NCBI RefSeq assembly: GCF_006345805.1
Contig: NC_043019.1
Coordinates: 7,873,360-7,937,359, forward strand
Reading direction: 5' to 3'
DNA: 64,000 bases
DNA from: Octopus sinensis
Taxonomy: Eukaryota
The notes beneath the pieces were generated by a model. It had not been told where the DNA came from and ran no database searches. It was given only the letters and a program-made list of their open reading frames with translations. This document shows, piece after piece, positions 44,091 to 57,926 of the stretch (positions within the stretch are counted from its first letter, which is position 1; each line of letters starts with the position of its first letter). A program made the translations under genes and the position numbers.

Positions 44091-45929
44091 CTGTGTGAGT
44101 GGCTTCGTGCCTGTGTTTACTTACACGTAACTTAGCTGTTCACCAAAAGAGCCCGATAGTATAAGTACTAGGCTTAGGAAAGTATGTCCTACGTTCGATT
44201 TGCCCAACTAAAACCGTTCAAGGCAAGGCCCCATCGCTGATGCAGTCAGATGACTAGAAAAATTAAAAGATAATAAATTATGCAAACACACACACACACA
44301 AACAACGGAATTTGGCCTCTTCCGGCATCCAACGCCTTCCTCCTTTCGAGGACAGCCATTATGGACAGCGCGTTTATGACACAAATGATGTGAAGGCTGA
44401 GACGTCGTTCCAATGTAATATTCTACACGTGAATCCCTTCTCAGAGATGATTGTCGAACTGGGTTGAAAGCTAATGGGAATATATCGCTTGTGATGACAA
44501 ATATATTGAGTTCGACCATGGTTGCTCTAGAAGCATTCGCAAGTTGAATGACATGCGTCAGTTTTTTGTTTAATAAGAAAAGAAAAGGACGTTCGCCCGA
44601 TTTGCATTCATTTCTGTCCAAACCTCGTATGTAAATGTAAAGACTATATATTATACAGCTATACTTTACACTGTACTTTGAAAGTAGTTAGATATTGCAA
44701 AGGTATTATTGCACAAAAGTTGATATTATTTATGAAAGTTATATAATAATCTGGTATCATTTTACAGATCTCCTAACAAATGCAAGGTACTTAGGTTTAT
44801 TTGGAGATTTAAAAAAAATCATAAACGTTGCTATAACTTAATGTAGTGTAGCTCTGTCTTCGCAATCAAGCAGCGTAGGAAAAGAGAACTGTGCTTTTGT
44901 TTTCGATAGTTTAAGATTTTTACTCTTCAAAGAATGTTTCTCTTCATATTCTTTTCATAAATTGAACGAATATTTCTTTAAATGCTTTACTGCTTAAATG
45001 AGAAGTCTTCTTTTAGTTTGAGACGGACGACTGTGGCTCATTCATGAACGCCACTTCTTCATTGCTGCTTCCAATGAAATGTGGTCGTTTCGTTAAACGT
45101 TGTGTAACTTCTTTTCTCAACAACATTCATCAAAGTACACCAGTTTGAAAGCCTATAAGGCAATTCGCTATAGTTTGATTCTATGCCACGACTTTCATTA
45201 AAACGCATCTTAAGAGAGCTGCGCACACATTAATATTGTTGTACAATAACAGTGGATGTGATTCCTATAACTCTTCTGCTAGATATGCCTTCTCATTAAA
45301 ACTATTTCTATAAAACTTCCAAGATAGTCATACGTATTTGAACCTTTCAGTGTGTGCCTATTGAATGTCGCATATCTCTTATCCGCTTGCTATGACTTCA
45401 AAAATTGGAGTTCTAGTGATTATCTTTGAACCCAGACATTTGTCTTCTTAAATGTACAAGCGCAAGCAATTATGTACAAGCATATATGTCTATATATATA
45501 TATAAATATGAGTGTATATGCTTGTTTGTGTGTGTACATGTGTTCCTGAATAGTAATGTGTATGTGTGTTGTCGTGTAGAAGGGCTTCGTTGCAGTGTGC
45601 TCATGTGTTCTGTACGTATTTGTCTGGGCCACATTCTCTGATTTTTCTCTTTCTCTTTCCTGTTTGCTTTTTTTCTCTTTTCATCTTTGTTTACTCAGTC
45701 TTTCATTGGTCTTCACCACTATTTTCTCACTCTCCCTCTCTTTCTCTCTCTCTTCCTCTCTCTCTTTCTCTCTCTGCCTCTCGTTATCTGTGTCTGACTA
45801 GTTATATAATACGTCTACAGGCAATAAAATATCACAAATATAAATATTTCCTAGCGATAACTTATGGCCTTTTCTTGCATCAAAGAACGATTGAGTATTT
45901 TGCAACATATCGCATATATGCACGAGAAC

Positions 45930-46447
45930 AATTGCAGCAACGTCAACAGCAACAACAAAATGAACAACATCAACACCAATAACATAATCAATTACAAAAT
46001 ATAGCAACAACAACAACAACAACAACAACAGCTACACTAACGCCAACACAAAGTAATTCAGAAATTATCAACGACAAAAAACACTGAGAAAAAACTTCCA
46101 ATATGCTTTTTCATAGCAACAACAATAACAAAAACGGCATTAATAATGAAAGTAATAATGATGTGAACAACAGCAACAACACAACAACGACCACCACCAC
46201 TGCCACCATCTCAACGACAGCTGCAGCAGCAGCAGCGGCAGTGACAACAGTATTAACATCAATAATAATAGTAATAATGATGATCGCAATACTACTCTCA
46301 TAAAACATCAATAATTTCTACATCTTCAGCAAAACCACAATCGAATAAAATAATGAAAAAATAAAAACGAGAATAGAAATATCAAAGCTAGAGAACAATA
46401 AAATTAAATTTATATTAATAATGATAATAATAATGATAACAATAATA

Positions 46448-46501
<54 letters not shown>

Positions 46502-46530
46502 TGATAATAATAATAATAATAATAATAATA

Positions 46531-46571
<41 letters not shown>

Positions 46572-46703
46572 GTAATAATAATAATAATAAAAATAATGAT
46601 GATGATGATAATAATAATGATAATAATAATAATAATAATAACAATAATGACGTAATGATAATGGCGTAATAACAATAATAATAATGATGATGATGGTGAT
46701 GGA

Positions 46704-46746
<43 letters not shown>

Positions 46747-46870
46747 GGATGACGACGACGACGACGATGATTATGACGACGATGATGATGATGATAATGA
46801 TGTCGATTCATGATAATTAGAATGATGATGATGATGATGTTCAAGGTGTTGGTGGTGGAGGCGGTGATAC
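45930..46870. repeat. Compound trinucleotide field (AAC, CAG, AAT, GAT, GAC)
   Basis: Direct inspection. Confidence 0.92.
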
Positions 46871-47379
46871 TTTTCAACCGGGAAAATGTCTAAAGAGACG
46901 TAAAAATAACCGAAAGCACTTTGGAAAGGAATTGACATTTACAATATTTTTCGCTCGGTTAAGGGCGGTGGGGGTGGAGGTTCTCCATTTAACCGATGCT
47001 TTCTAATCTCTATTGATATCTTTATTATCTTCGAGTTAAATAGCCGCTTTCTCAGTTTTGTTTGCCCCTTTTTATGCCCCCCTTCCGTTCTATCATGGGT
47101 TTTCATTTCTTTTCCACATGCATTCTTGACTAAATGTCTTGCTAAATACACCACATTTATCACATTCAGTGGTGAGGAGTTTTAAGAGAACAGGGTCTCA
47201 CAGTACACTCAGTCCATAAAATAGAGTATGTGTTGTGTCCCCAAACATAAATCCATGCAAATATTTTTTTCATTTTATTTGAATCGTATATTTTATTCAT
47301 GTTATTCATATCTCTGTGTATGTATATATGTATGTGTGTATGTATGTATGTAAGTATGTATGCATGTATGTATGTTACA

Positions 47380-47790
47380 CTTCCAGATGGAAAGGGTCTT
47401 CCTATGATGCTGACATGTAGTGTCTGTGCCTGACCCTGCCTCAGTAAAGCTGGACTCAAGAGTCATCTTCGTAGTTATAAAACGAGACACATGAGTGACA
47501 ACCTGGCCACTGGTGGTGGTGTTACACACCATACTAATAATATATGTCAGGTATGTGGAAGAGAGTGTAATTCGGCAGGAGGACTTAAACGACATGCAAA
47601 GGTACATGAAGCCCAGTTACAACTACAGCCGGCTATTACCAGTAAAGATTTTTGTTGCCAATTTTGTACAAGACATTGTAGATCTTTAGCTGGGCTAAAA
47701 AGTCACATTCGATCACAGCACCAATAACAGTTAAGCTTCGTGCAATGGCCATAATCGATAACGAGGGGGAAGCCAACATGTATGTATTGT
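47380..47790 (+). mobile_element. 5'-truncated RTE-type LINE 3' end encoding three C2H2-like zinc fingers
   Basis: One frame from 47380: CSVCA*PCLSKAGLKSHLRSY, CQVCGRECNSAGGLKRHAKVH, CQFCTRHCRSLAGLKSHIRSQH* (CxxCxRxCxSxxGLxxH, the RTE C-terminal pattern). The short 3' UTR ends ...gaagccaacat, and both flanks are (TATG)n-like. Confidence 0.75.
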
Positions 47791-47799
47791 CGTTATTCA

Positions 47800-48330
47800 A
47801 TTGTACTTCAAGATTTCTTGCCAATACAGAAACAGTTGGTTTCTAACCTAGATCGAAGGTTCCTTCATTGGAATTTCAACCTCACAGCAATGTATTTTTG
47901 TATGTATTTTTGTATGTATTTTTGTAAGTATGTATGTATACGTGCAGATTTGTATGTTTTGTTTTATGTATATTTTCTCATACATATCTAGACATGCCCA
48001 TATATAAATAAATGATAAACTTCTGGAATGTCTTACAGAGTTTTTACAGTGTAAGTGATGATTTGATCTCTAGTCTTCGAATCACCGTTCTTCTTTCAGG
48101 TTTGAGAAGCCTAATTTTTCAAGATTGGTATTTAGGCAGTGTGTTAAAATCCCAGTGCCACAATAAATCATTAAACCTAAACTTGTAATCTTGATTGATT
48201 AACTGCAGATTTCTCAGTAGTTCAACTTAGGTATTCTCTTTGTCAAAGATCTTCAGCTTCATGTTAACATCTGCTGGGCAGCTGGTTTCCACAACTCTAC
48301 ACAGTTTCTCTTCTCTGTCTATTTGTCTAT
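47800..48330 (-). mobile_element. 3' fragment of an RLE-type (R4/Dong-like) LINE
   Basis: Minus strand DREEKLCRVVETSCPADVNMKLKIFDKENT*VELLRNLQL...IVALG...LCKTFQKFII (cf. D...K.C.++E+..P.D....K..EK..KY..L....IP++VGALG), followed by a 3' UTR. Confidence 0.7.
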
Positions 48331-49049
48331 CTGTCAGACTGTCTCTGTATATGCATCTACTCTAGAGATATTTAGATAGTAGCTACAGCTGAGAAATATA
48401 GTCGCCATAGTAACTCTCAAGTCACACTGCTTGTCTGATTACTGTATGTATGTACAACACGAGGGAGCATCTTTCGTGAGAAATGCCGATCACGTGCAAA
48501 TAGCAGTTATTGTGACTGCAACTATACCAACGGCAATGAATATATTTCTAGAGTTATCTATGTATACATAGACACACGGACACACACACAAATACATGCA
48601 TACGCATTGAATAATGAATTATAACCTTGTAATATGCAATGCAAAGCCCGTCCACAGTTATTGGTTACCTAATGTCAGCTAGGGTGGGTACATTCTTGTT
48701 ACTGAATATAGATCTGAAAATCCGTAGTATTCGTGGAATTATATGAAGAGAAAATTGATTGAACATTATTTCAAATCATTACAATTGTTTCGAAACATCG
48801 CTACATCCTTAGTAGATTCGTGATATAATCAGCTACATTTTTAAAAATGTAACGGAGATGATTTATTGGACTAAAAATTCTTCAAGATGTTGCCCCATCT
48901 TGGCTGCAGTCTAATGAGCGGAAGATCTAAAAGGATAAAAAAGTAAATGGTATAGCATAATCACCATCATCGACCGGAAGTGTAAAGTGCCTTTCTTCAG
49001 GTATGGTCTCACGGCCGACTTATTGAAAACTATTACTATGAAATAAAGA

Positions 49050-49280
49050 GATACAGACAGACAGAAAGGCAGACAGACAGAGAATGAGAGAGAGAGAAAG
49101 AAAGAATGAGAGAGAGAAAGCATGAGAGAGAGAGAAAGAAAGAAAGAGAGACCGACAGACAGAGACAAAGAATGAGAGGGAAAGAATGAGAGAGATAGAA
49201 AGAATGAGAGAGAAAGAAAGAAAGAAAGAGAAAGAAAGAAAGAGAGAGAAAGAAAAAGAGAGAAAGAAAGAAAGAAAGGC
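49050..49280. repeat. (GA)/(GAAA)-rich polypurine tract
   Basis: Direct inspection. Confidence 0.9.
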
Positions 49281-49764
49281 ATGTGCTCCATAGCGTTTTT
49301 GTTAATACAATAACATATTTAGTGGTGCGGTGCGGTGCCTGTTCACCTTTTATTTGGCGTTTAAGTGACACGTGTATTTCATTTAATCAACCAAAGTCAA
49401 AAGTGATTTGAACTTGGAACCTAAAGGATTTAATTAAATAACCCCCCCCCGGGCCTTGTGTTAGGCGTTGTCTCAAAGCTGTCACTACACCTGCTTTTAA
49501 TGCTTTCTCTATTATTTTTGATCTCTCACATGAACACCAGGCTTCACAGTTAAAGGAGAGTTGCAGAGGATTATATTGGCTCCAGTAACTGATGCGGCAT
49601 CTATTTTAGAGATAAAAAAGAAAATTCTTACTTAATATTTGTCTCGATGAGAATTGAAAAAAAAAAAATGTCAATATACAACTTACAGGTGTATATTTTA
49701 AATTTTGAAGTCAACGCACGGTGCTATAAAACTGGAAAAAGCACAAAAAATTTATCTTTTATCA

Positions 49765-50149
49765 GTTACTTGTTTCAGTCATATGACTGTGGCCTTGCTG
49801 GGGCACCGCCTTGAAAAATTGTACTTATTCCATAGGTCTCTTTAGCCGAACCACCAAGTTATGAGGACGTAAACACAACGATACAAATTGACAAGCGGTG
49901 GTGGGACACAAGTACAGACACAAACACACACACACTCACACACACACACACCACACCACACACACACACACACACACACACATACAATAGACTACCTTCA
50001 GTTTCCGTCCACCATATCCGCTCACAAGGTTACGCCAGTCCAAGAATTATGGTGGAAGACACTCGCACAAGGCACCAATGTAATGAGAATTAACCCAGAA
50101 CCATGTGGTTGGTAAGCAAGCTGCTTACCACGCAGCTACGCCTGTGCCT
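49765..50149 (-). mobile_element. SINE family B, near full-length, internal (CA)n
   Basis: ttacttgtttcagtcatatgactgtggcc...gcaccgcctt...cacacaca...ttcagtttccgtcc...agaaccatgtggttggtaagcaagctgcttaccacgcagc. Confidence 0.85.
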
Positions 50150-50889
50150 ACTTCTACATAATTTCTGGAATTCATCATTGATCCATTGAACTAAACAGAA
50201 TATTTTCAGAAATGCCACCCTCCAATGGAGCAGGATGAAAAGCTGTAAAATGGATGTCGTTTCTTATGAGGGCTGGTATGCGAATTTACGTCGCTGTGAT
50301 GTGCTCATAGCCTTTGAACAATTCAAACGCTCGTATATTATAATTCTTCAGAATTTCCTCACTCGACTCTACAAAAACATTATAAAAGACAAACTTCTGT
50401 AAAAGATGGGAGAAGAACATGATATATGAGTGGGGTCAGCAGTTTATAAAGAAACAGAAAGGTCACGTGGAAATATATGAAATAATGTCTGAAGTAATAA
50501 CTGGAAAGTTTAGAGACAAGCTGCAGGAATAACAATGCCCCCCCCCATCACCAACGCCAACACTAAAAAACAATGTGTAAGTGGCTGTATTGAAGAATCA
50601 CATGTCATGGAGAAGTAAAGCGAAGAGCAACGAAGAAATTATTCTAACAACAAATGTTTCTAAATCAACAGATATTTTTTTACCAATTCTTCATAGACTT
50701 ATTCAGTAATAGCGTGTGATATTAGAAATATCTCATTTATAGTTAAGCAGTTATGGAGACACTGTTGTGGTTATATATTTACCTATGTGTTTCTGTATCT
50801 CTCTCCTTCACACCTTGTCTCTCTCACTTTCTATCTCTCTCTCTCGTTCAAGGCATGTACATATACAGTATGGATATATATACATATAA

Positions 50890-50928
<39 letters not shown>

Positions 50929-50976
50929 TATTTCTGTGTGCGTGTGTGCGTATGTGTATAATGCACAAACACACAG

Positions 50977-51024
<48 letters not shown>

Positions 51025-51051
51025 GCGCGTGTGTATGTAAGTATGTATATA

Positions 51052-51463
51052 TACTCTTTACTCTTTTACTCTTTTACTTGTTTCAATCATTTGACTGTGG
51101 CCATACTGGAGCACCGCCTTTAATCTCGACCCCGGGACTTATTCTTTTTGTAAGCCCAGTACTTATTCTATCGGTCTTTTGCCGAACCGCTAAGTAACGG
51201 GGACATAAACACACCAGCATCGGTTGTCAAGCAATGCTAGGGGGGACAAACACAGACACACAAACACACACACGCATATATACATATATACATATACACG
51301 ACGGGCTTCTTTTCAGTTTCCGTCTACCAATTCCACTCACAAGGCTTTGGTCGGCCCGAGGCTATAGCAGAAGACACTTGCCCAAAGTTCCACGTAGTGG
51401 GACTGAACTCGGAACCATGTGGCTGGTAAACAAGCTACTTACCACACAGCCACTCCTGCGCCT
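51052..51463 (-). mobile_element. Full-length SINE family B with (ACTCTTTT)n tail
   Basis: Reverse complement of the 34599-35000 copy; tail tactctttactcttttactcttttact. Confidence 0.93.
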
Positions 51464-51951
51464 GTATATATGTATGTATGTATGTATGAATGCATATATA
51501 TATATGTGTGTGTGTGTGTGTGTATGTATATATATATACATATATATATATATCTTCATACACACACGCATATATATATATATATATATAATATTAATAT
51601 ATATATATATATATGTTTGCGTGTGTGTTCATCTATGAATATCGGTGTGGTTTGAAACCCCATTGCTGGAAAACCGGTCTTAAAATATCTGACTTCCCCC
51701 CCGTTGCCTGTGATGAATTCCATCTACTAAATCCTGTGGGAAGCTGACTCAGCATCACCGCATTCCAGTGCGTAAAAGAGAAGCGAAAAAGATCCGACGT
51801 CCAGAAAACAAAAAAGCAGAAAAAATTCTTTAAAATTAATGTTGCCTGACGTTTGTTCGAAGAAATAAAGGAAGGGAGTACAATAAAGTGCTACGTGTAT
51901 TCTTCATGATTCTCAGTATATCAGATGCACAAGGCGTTTCTTATAATTACC

Positions 51952-51983
<32 letters not shown>

Positions 51984-52192
51984 CATACTCATCACCCTTA
52001 TCGTCATCGTCATCATTATTATCATCGTCATCGTCATCGTGGTTCCATTAGAAATTATGATCCACAATTTTCAGAATCTCAATCATCAGAAACATTACTC
52101 TTTCAAAATATGAGAAATTTATGCTCATTTATACTTTTCAGGGATTGAACCGGCCATGCAATAAGTTAAGATATAAAAAGTTTAAAATTTAA

Positions 52193-52228
<36 letters not shown>

Positions 52229-52619
52229 AGTAATACTAAGCAATAAAGGGTTTAGCAACGAATTGCCTTACCACATACCGAATTTAGAAATAGCAGTCAA
52301 AGAGTTATAGCTATTTCTTCTACTAAAAAGGGAGATCTCAGTAAAAACAGCAATTGGAAGGCAGACACAAACAGGTAAGAGAGAATGAATTGACGGCAAT
52401 CTATCATACATTTTTAAGTTATCTACGTAGATAACTTAAAAATGTATGATAGATTGCCGTCAATTCATTCTCTCTTACCTTTTGTGTCTGCCTTCCAATT
52501 GCTGTTTTTACTGAGATCTCCCTTTTTAGTAGAAGAAATAGCTTAACTCTTTGACTGCTATTTCTAAATTCGGTATGTGTAAGGCAATTCGTTGCTAAAC
52601 CTTTATGCTTAGTATTACT
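52229..52619. repeat. Spacer-less palindrome, arms 198 and 193 bp, centre 52426/52427
   Basis: Centre ...ttaagttatctac|gtagataacttaa.... The arms differ by five single-base indels and I saw no substitutions. Confidence 0.95.
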
Positions 52620-52830
52620 TAAATTTTCCTCGAATGAGGCTTTTACAGCCGAAGACTACTTGGTGTAATTGATAATTATTCCAAATTAATTAATTTCACC
52701 CTTCATATTACATTTATATAAGATACATATGGATATATATATATAATATATATATATAACATATATATATATATATATATCTATAATATATATTATATAT
52801 ATAAACATATATTTATATATATATAAACAT

Positions 52831-52867
<37 letters not shown>

Positions 52868-52891
52868 CTATATATATATATTATATATATA

Positions 52892-52936
<45 letters not shown>

Positions 52937-53411
52937 TATATATATAATATTATTATTATTATTATTATTATTATATTATTATTATTATTATTATATTATT
53001 ATATGTATGTAGATATATATGATTATACTTTGTGGGTGTGCGCGTGGTATCTGTGCGAGTGTGGATGTACTCTCAAGGGACCTGAATGTTCTCCGTCGTT
53101 AAACTAATACCGTGTTTTTCGCAATTTCACTTTTACTGCTGTTCCTTATTTACTTAAAAGTAAATTATTTCAAGAATAATATTTAAATAGCAGTCAGGTA
53201 CACACTCGCTCATTCACAAGCACACACAAATTTGTCTGTATGTAGGTATATGTCTAATACACATACATTCACATACATACATAAATACATACACATGCAT
53301 ATGTATTTATACGCATATACACAAATATATCCGTGCATATATAATATATATATTTATATAAATATATATGTGCGCGCGTATGTATATGTATGTGATGCCG
53401 TGTGTGCGTGA

Positions 53412-53449
<38 letters not shown>

Positions 53450-55115
53450 TTATATTATAAAGACAGAATCCGACGAAAGGGGTTGGGAGAGATATATCGG
53501 CTGATAGGTATACACAAAAATAATTTAGAATTATCCAGGAGGTCATATATGGAATTAGAAATGATTGATTAAATTCCTTGAACTATATTGCGGCAATATC
53601 GGAATATTCGATACTGGAAGACAAATATTTAGTTGGCAGCAGGTGTGAAAATAATCTATATCATAAGTCTTGATTAATTCCCTATCTCTCTAAAGAATCT
53701 ATTTTTCAGATAATGAATTTTACATCAATGGAAATTTCTATATTTCGTTTGAGCAACTCGCTTATTGGAACATTGCATCTGTAGGTCTTATACGCTGGCT
53801 TCTCATGTTATATAAATATCACACAGCGGTATTTATTTGTTTATTTTGTGCAAGTGTAATAATATTATGAACTGTAGAATATATTTTCTTCAAACTTAAT
53901 CTGAATGTGAGTAAAACGTTGAAATTTAATAGCGCAGAACGGAAATGAAAATATTTTTCAGATACAGCTGTCATATATCGATTCCTGCTCTTAACTGTGT
54001 GTGCCTACCCTACGTTACTACAGTTTAAATGAAACGGGTATAATAGTATCCGTTCGAAGGAAACACGTCGACAGACTGTGGATCCTTGAGTAGATGCGAA
54101 ATCTAAATGGTATTACAAGTGGATAAATTTGTCCAAAATATAATCATTTACAAACTGCCACTTATTTGGCAGTGTTGTTTAAATGGCGGACAAAATGATT
54201 CGCAAAATCTGTCCCGACTCCCTAATTCTCGAATTCAAACTCTGCATAATTCCGCTTTGCCAGTTTCCTTATGCAATGGATGAAACAAGTGCTACTCAGA
54301 GCGAGTGGATTGGCGGAGCTTCTAAAATGTTGTGTGGGAGTCGTTGCAGAATCTGATTCGGTTATTTCCTTGCTAATATTCTTTCCGTTGCCACTCGAAC
54401 CTTACAGTCAACAAACAAAGCACCAGCGCTTTTCAAAGAATAAAGACGATACATTGGAGATGGTGTTGCGGTCCCTGCAAATTCATTAAGGGTTGATGAA
54501 CCAAGGTGAGGACCAATGTAATTCATAGTGCGGTTCAATATTTTTTTTTCAAATGTTATTTCTCATCGGGAAGCCGTCAGGATGTAAAGCGGGAACGCTA
54601 CGACACGCAACCACCAACAAAAGAATCAGACACGTCACGATCAAAAACAAACATTAGCCAAGAATGTTTCTGCATCAGTAAGACGGATGCAGTTGAATTC
54701 GGGGAAAACGGAGGGTAGCTAAGGTACACATGCAAAGTACAGTCCGAAAAGAGCAGTGGAAAATTATCAGGAGATGCTATCACTCATTCTGGTTTTACAT
54801 TTTAAAGGAATCGTATGGAAGTCTTATGTACTTAATGCTTGGGTGATATTAGTGGCTCGAATTTTATCCCCACATTATATTACATATCCTGTCTCCATTT
54901 TATATATTGTCCCCATATTATATTAAGTATTATATTAAATTCGGATTTAGTGAGCAAGAAATTTTCTCCCTTGTATGATTCGATCAGCCATGTGACTCAT
55001 ATTCATAATGCATATACTTATTTGTACATGTGTGTGTATTATATACAAAGGCATATGTGTGTGTGTTGTGTGTGTGTGTGTGTGTGTGTGGAGAGAGAAA
55101 GAGAGGAAGAGAGAG

Positions 55116-55545
55116 TGTGACGCGCAGCCCTCGTACGAGGGATGTTGGACTCATGATCGTAAGATTGGAGTTTCGATTCCTCGACCGGGCGACGCGTTCT
55201 GCTCTTGATCTAAACAATTCATTTCAGGAATGTATGCGCCACTGAAGTTGGAAAACTGATTGTATGAATCTAAATGCTTCGGGATCGATCTTTATGAATT
55301 TCTTTTATAATGATATATACATGCATATATACTTGAGACGCATGAATGAAGTCGTGTGGCTCAGAGGTTAGGATTTCGCTGTGTTGTGTTCTTGAGCAAG
55401 ACACTTTACTTCATGTTGTGCCATTTCACTCAAATGTAGAAATGAGTTGTGACCTCACTTCGTGCCAAGCTGTATCGGCCTTTGCTTTTCCTCTGGACAA
55501 AATCGTTGGCGTAGAATGGGGAGTCTGGTGTACATGGACTACTGC
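55116..55545 (+). mobile_element. Two partial tRNA-derived SINE family C copies
   Basis: 55116-55215 has gactcatgatcgtaagattggagtttcgattcctcgaccgggcg (B-box-like). 55345-55545 has gttgtgttcttgagcaagacacttt...gaaatgagttgtgac...gccaagctgtatcggcctttgc. Confidence 0.7.
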
Positions 55546-55559
55546 TTGTCTTCCTTAAA

Positions 55560-55830
55560 TAACTTTGGTCAGATTTGTGCCTCGGAGAGTAACATTCTAG
55601 GTGCAATCCCCGTGTCATTCATGATTGAAGGTTTTTTTTTTATATTCTTGAAAACATACCTTAATATATTAGACATAAAATTCATCCCAGCTGCGTAAAT
55701 TAACCATAATTGCCTTAAACATTGATTCCCAACATCTGTTCCGCAAATTTTCCCCACTTCCTGTTATAATGGAGTTTCGATATCATAGGTTTCCATCTGG
55801 TCCACTTTCTACTTGGAGAATCTCACTTCG
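55560..55830 (-). mobile_element. Decayed LINE RT fragment (RTE-like)
   Basis: ESGPDGNL...RCWES and YVFKNIKKK...NDTGIA.RMLLS loosely follow KASGPDG...CW...+YKNKG...NYRGISLLS. Confidence 0.33.
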
Positions 55831-56317
55831 CAGAAGGTGTTTAAAAAACAATATTATACATGCGGAAAGCTAGGTCACTTGAAAAGGGGAGAATAAATGT
55901 TACAGTTTGTTGAAAACTGAGTAGAATTTCCGTCAATCATCAAAGAAATTCTAATATTTCAAGCATCATCGTATTACTGTCTTGTCAGTAATATATATAT
56001 ATATATATATATAATATATATATATATATAATATATATATATATATATGTATGTATGTATATTTGGTATCTGTGTATGTGTAGTGACATACGGACGAATA
56101 CAAAGATAAGTAAACACTGCTTGAAGGAGCCACAAAGTAAATGTAATATTGTTGTGGAGATGTTGTAAAAACCGAGACAGATATTTGTTTGAACTTCTTT
56201 TCAGATGGAAGTTAGAGATATATAAGCTATCACACGCATTTACGTAGGCGTACATATGAAACACATGTAACATGTATATACATTCAAGCATACATGCTTA
56301 AATGCGTATATCTATAT

Positions 56318-56395
<78 letters not shown>

Positions 56396-56512
56396 GCATA
56401 TGTATATATACATATATATAATATATATATACGAAAATAATATGATACAAAATATAAAATAGATGCAACTAAAAGAGAAAAGACCAAAGCTGAATACACA
56501 GTATGCATTCAT

Positions 56513-56568
<56 letters not shown>

Positions 56569-57101
56569 GGTCTATATACAAAAGACAACAAACACGGAGC
56601 AATCTGAATTTTCATTACAACACGGCTACTTCTGGACACAGTAATATATTTCGGAATGTTTGTTGTGATAGCTTTTATTAAGAGAAAGTCTTCATTGAAA
56701 CGCTTTTATTTCATTTGCTATGGCCTAGAGAGACGCACTTTTATGCGTATATACTTCCATATGTGTCTTCCCAGTTATGCATATAAACACTGTGTGAGTG
56801 TGTGTGTACGTATGTATCTATTTATGAAATGGCTGCTGGCTTCTCTCTGACAATATCTTCCATGTGAATGTACGAAGAGAAGAAAGACTGCAGTAAAAGT
56901 AAATTGATTTCAATCTTGGTGGTTTCTATGACCAATTCAATTATTTATGTTCTTTGCTATAGCTTTGCAACATTGTCTTTCACTAACTCCCTCTCTTCGC
57001 TGTATGCAAATACATACATATGTCTCCCCCTATGTACGATCGTTTATATTGGTGTGTGTATATATATGTATGCGTATATATGTGTATGTACGTATATATA
57101 T

Positions 57102-57142
<41 letters not shown>

Positions 57143-57263
57143 ACATATATACTAAAAGATAACAACAATCAAACAGTAACTAAAGGAGCTCTGAATACAT
57201 TTAAGTAGAATATTAAATTTATTTTGGCTAGGAATACTTTGACAATATCTCCAATGATTTAGC

Positions 57264-57361
<98 letters not shown>

Positions 57362-57473
57362 ATATATATATATATATATATATATCTGTCTGTCTGTATG
57401 TATGTATGTATGTATGTCTGTCTGTCTGTCTGTATGTCTGTCTGTTTATCTATCTATCTATCTATCTACCTAC

Positions 57474-57508
<35 letters not shown>

Positions 57509-57560
57509 CCTATCTATCTGTACACTCATAACCACGAGCAAATATACACATAATATATAT

Positions 57561-57906
57561 AGGTGCAGGAGGGGCTGTGTTGTAAGGACTTTACTTACAA
57601 CCCCATGGTTCCATGTTCAGTCCCACTGCGTGGCACCTTGGGCAGGAATCTTCTGCTATAACCTTGGGCAGACCAAGCGTTGGGAATGGGTATAGTATAC
57701 GGAAAGTTAAAGAAGTCCGTCGTATATATATATTTATGTGTGTGTGTGTGTGTGTGTGTGTGTGATCGTCCCCAACACATCGCTTGTCAACCGAAGTGTG
57801 CTTGCCTCCCGTAACTTAGGACTTCGGGAGAAGAGGCCGTTGTAATAAGTACTAAGCTTACAAAGAATAAGCCGCAATAAAATGACTGAAAGAAATAAGA
57901 GTATAA
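57561..57906 (+). mobile_element. SINE family B, near full-length
   Basis: aggtgcaggaggggctgtgt...gttcagtcccactgcgtggcaccttggg...(TG)n...tccccaacacatcgcttgtcaacc...aaatgactgaaag. Confidence 0.88.
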
Positions 57907-57926
57907 ATGAATATGCGTCGTGTATA

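Noticed and set aside
47491-47727. Host C2H2 zinc-finger transcription factor gene
   Set aside because: No TGEKP linkers, RTE-style finger spacing, an upstream in-frame stop and a LINE-like 3' end with simple-repeat flanks. Called as retrotransposon instead.
50210-54505. Further plus-strand exon candidates (50210-50275, open in one frame; 54408-54505)
   Set aside because: The second has stops in all frames. The first is not phase-compatible with the 18.7-kb candidate and encodes nothing recognisable.
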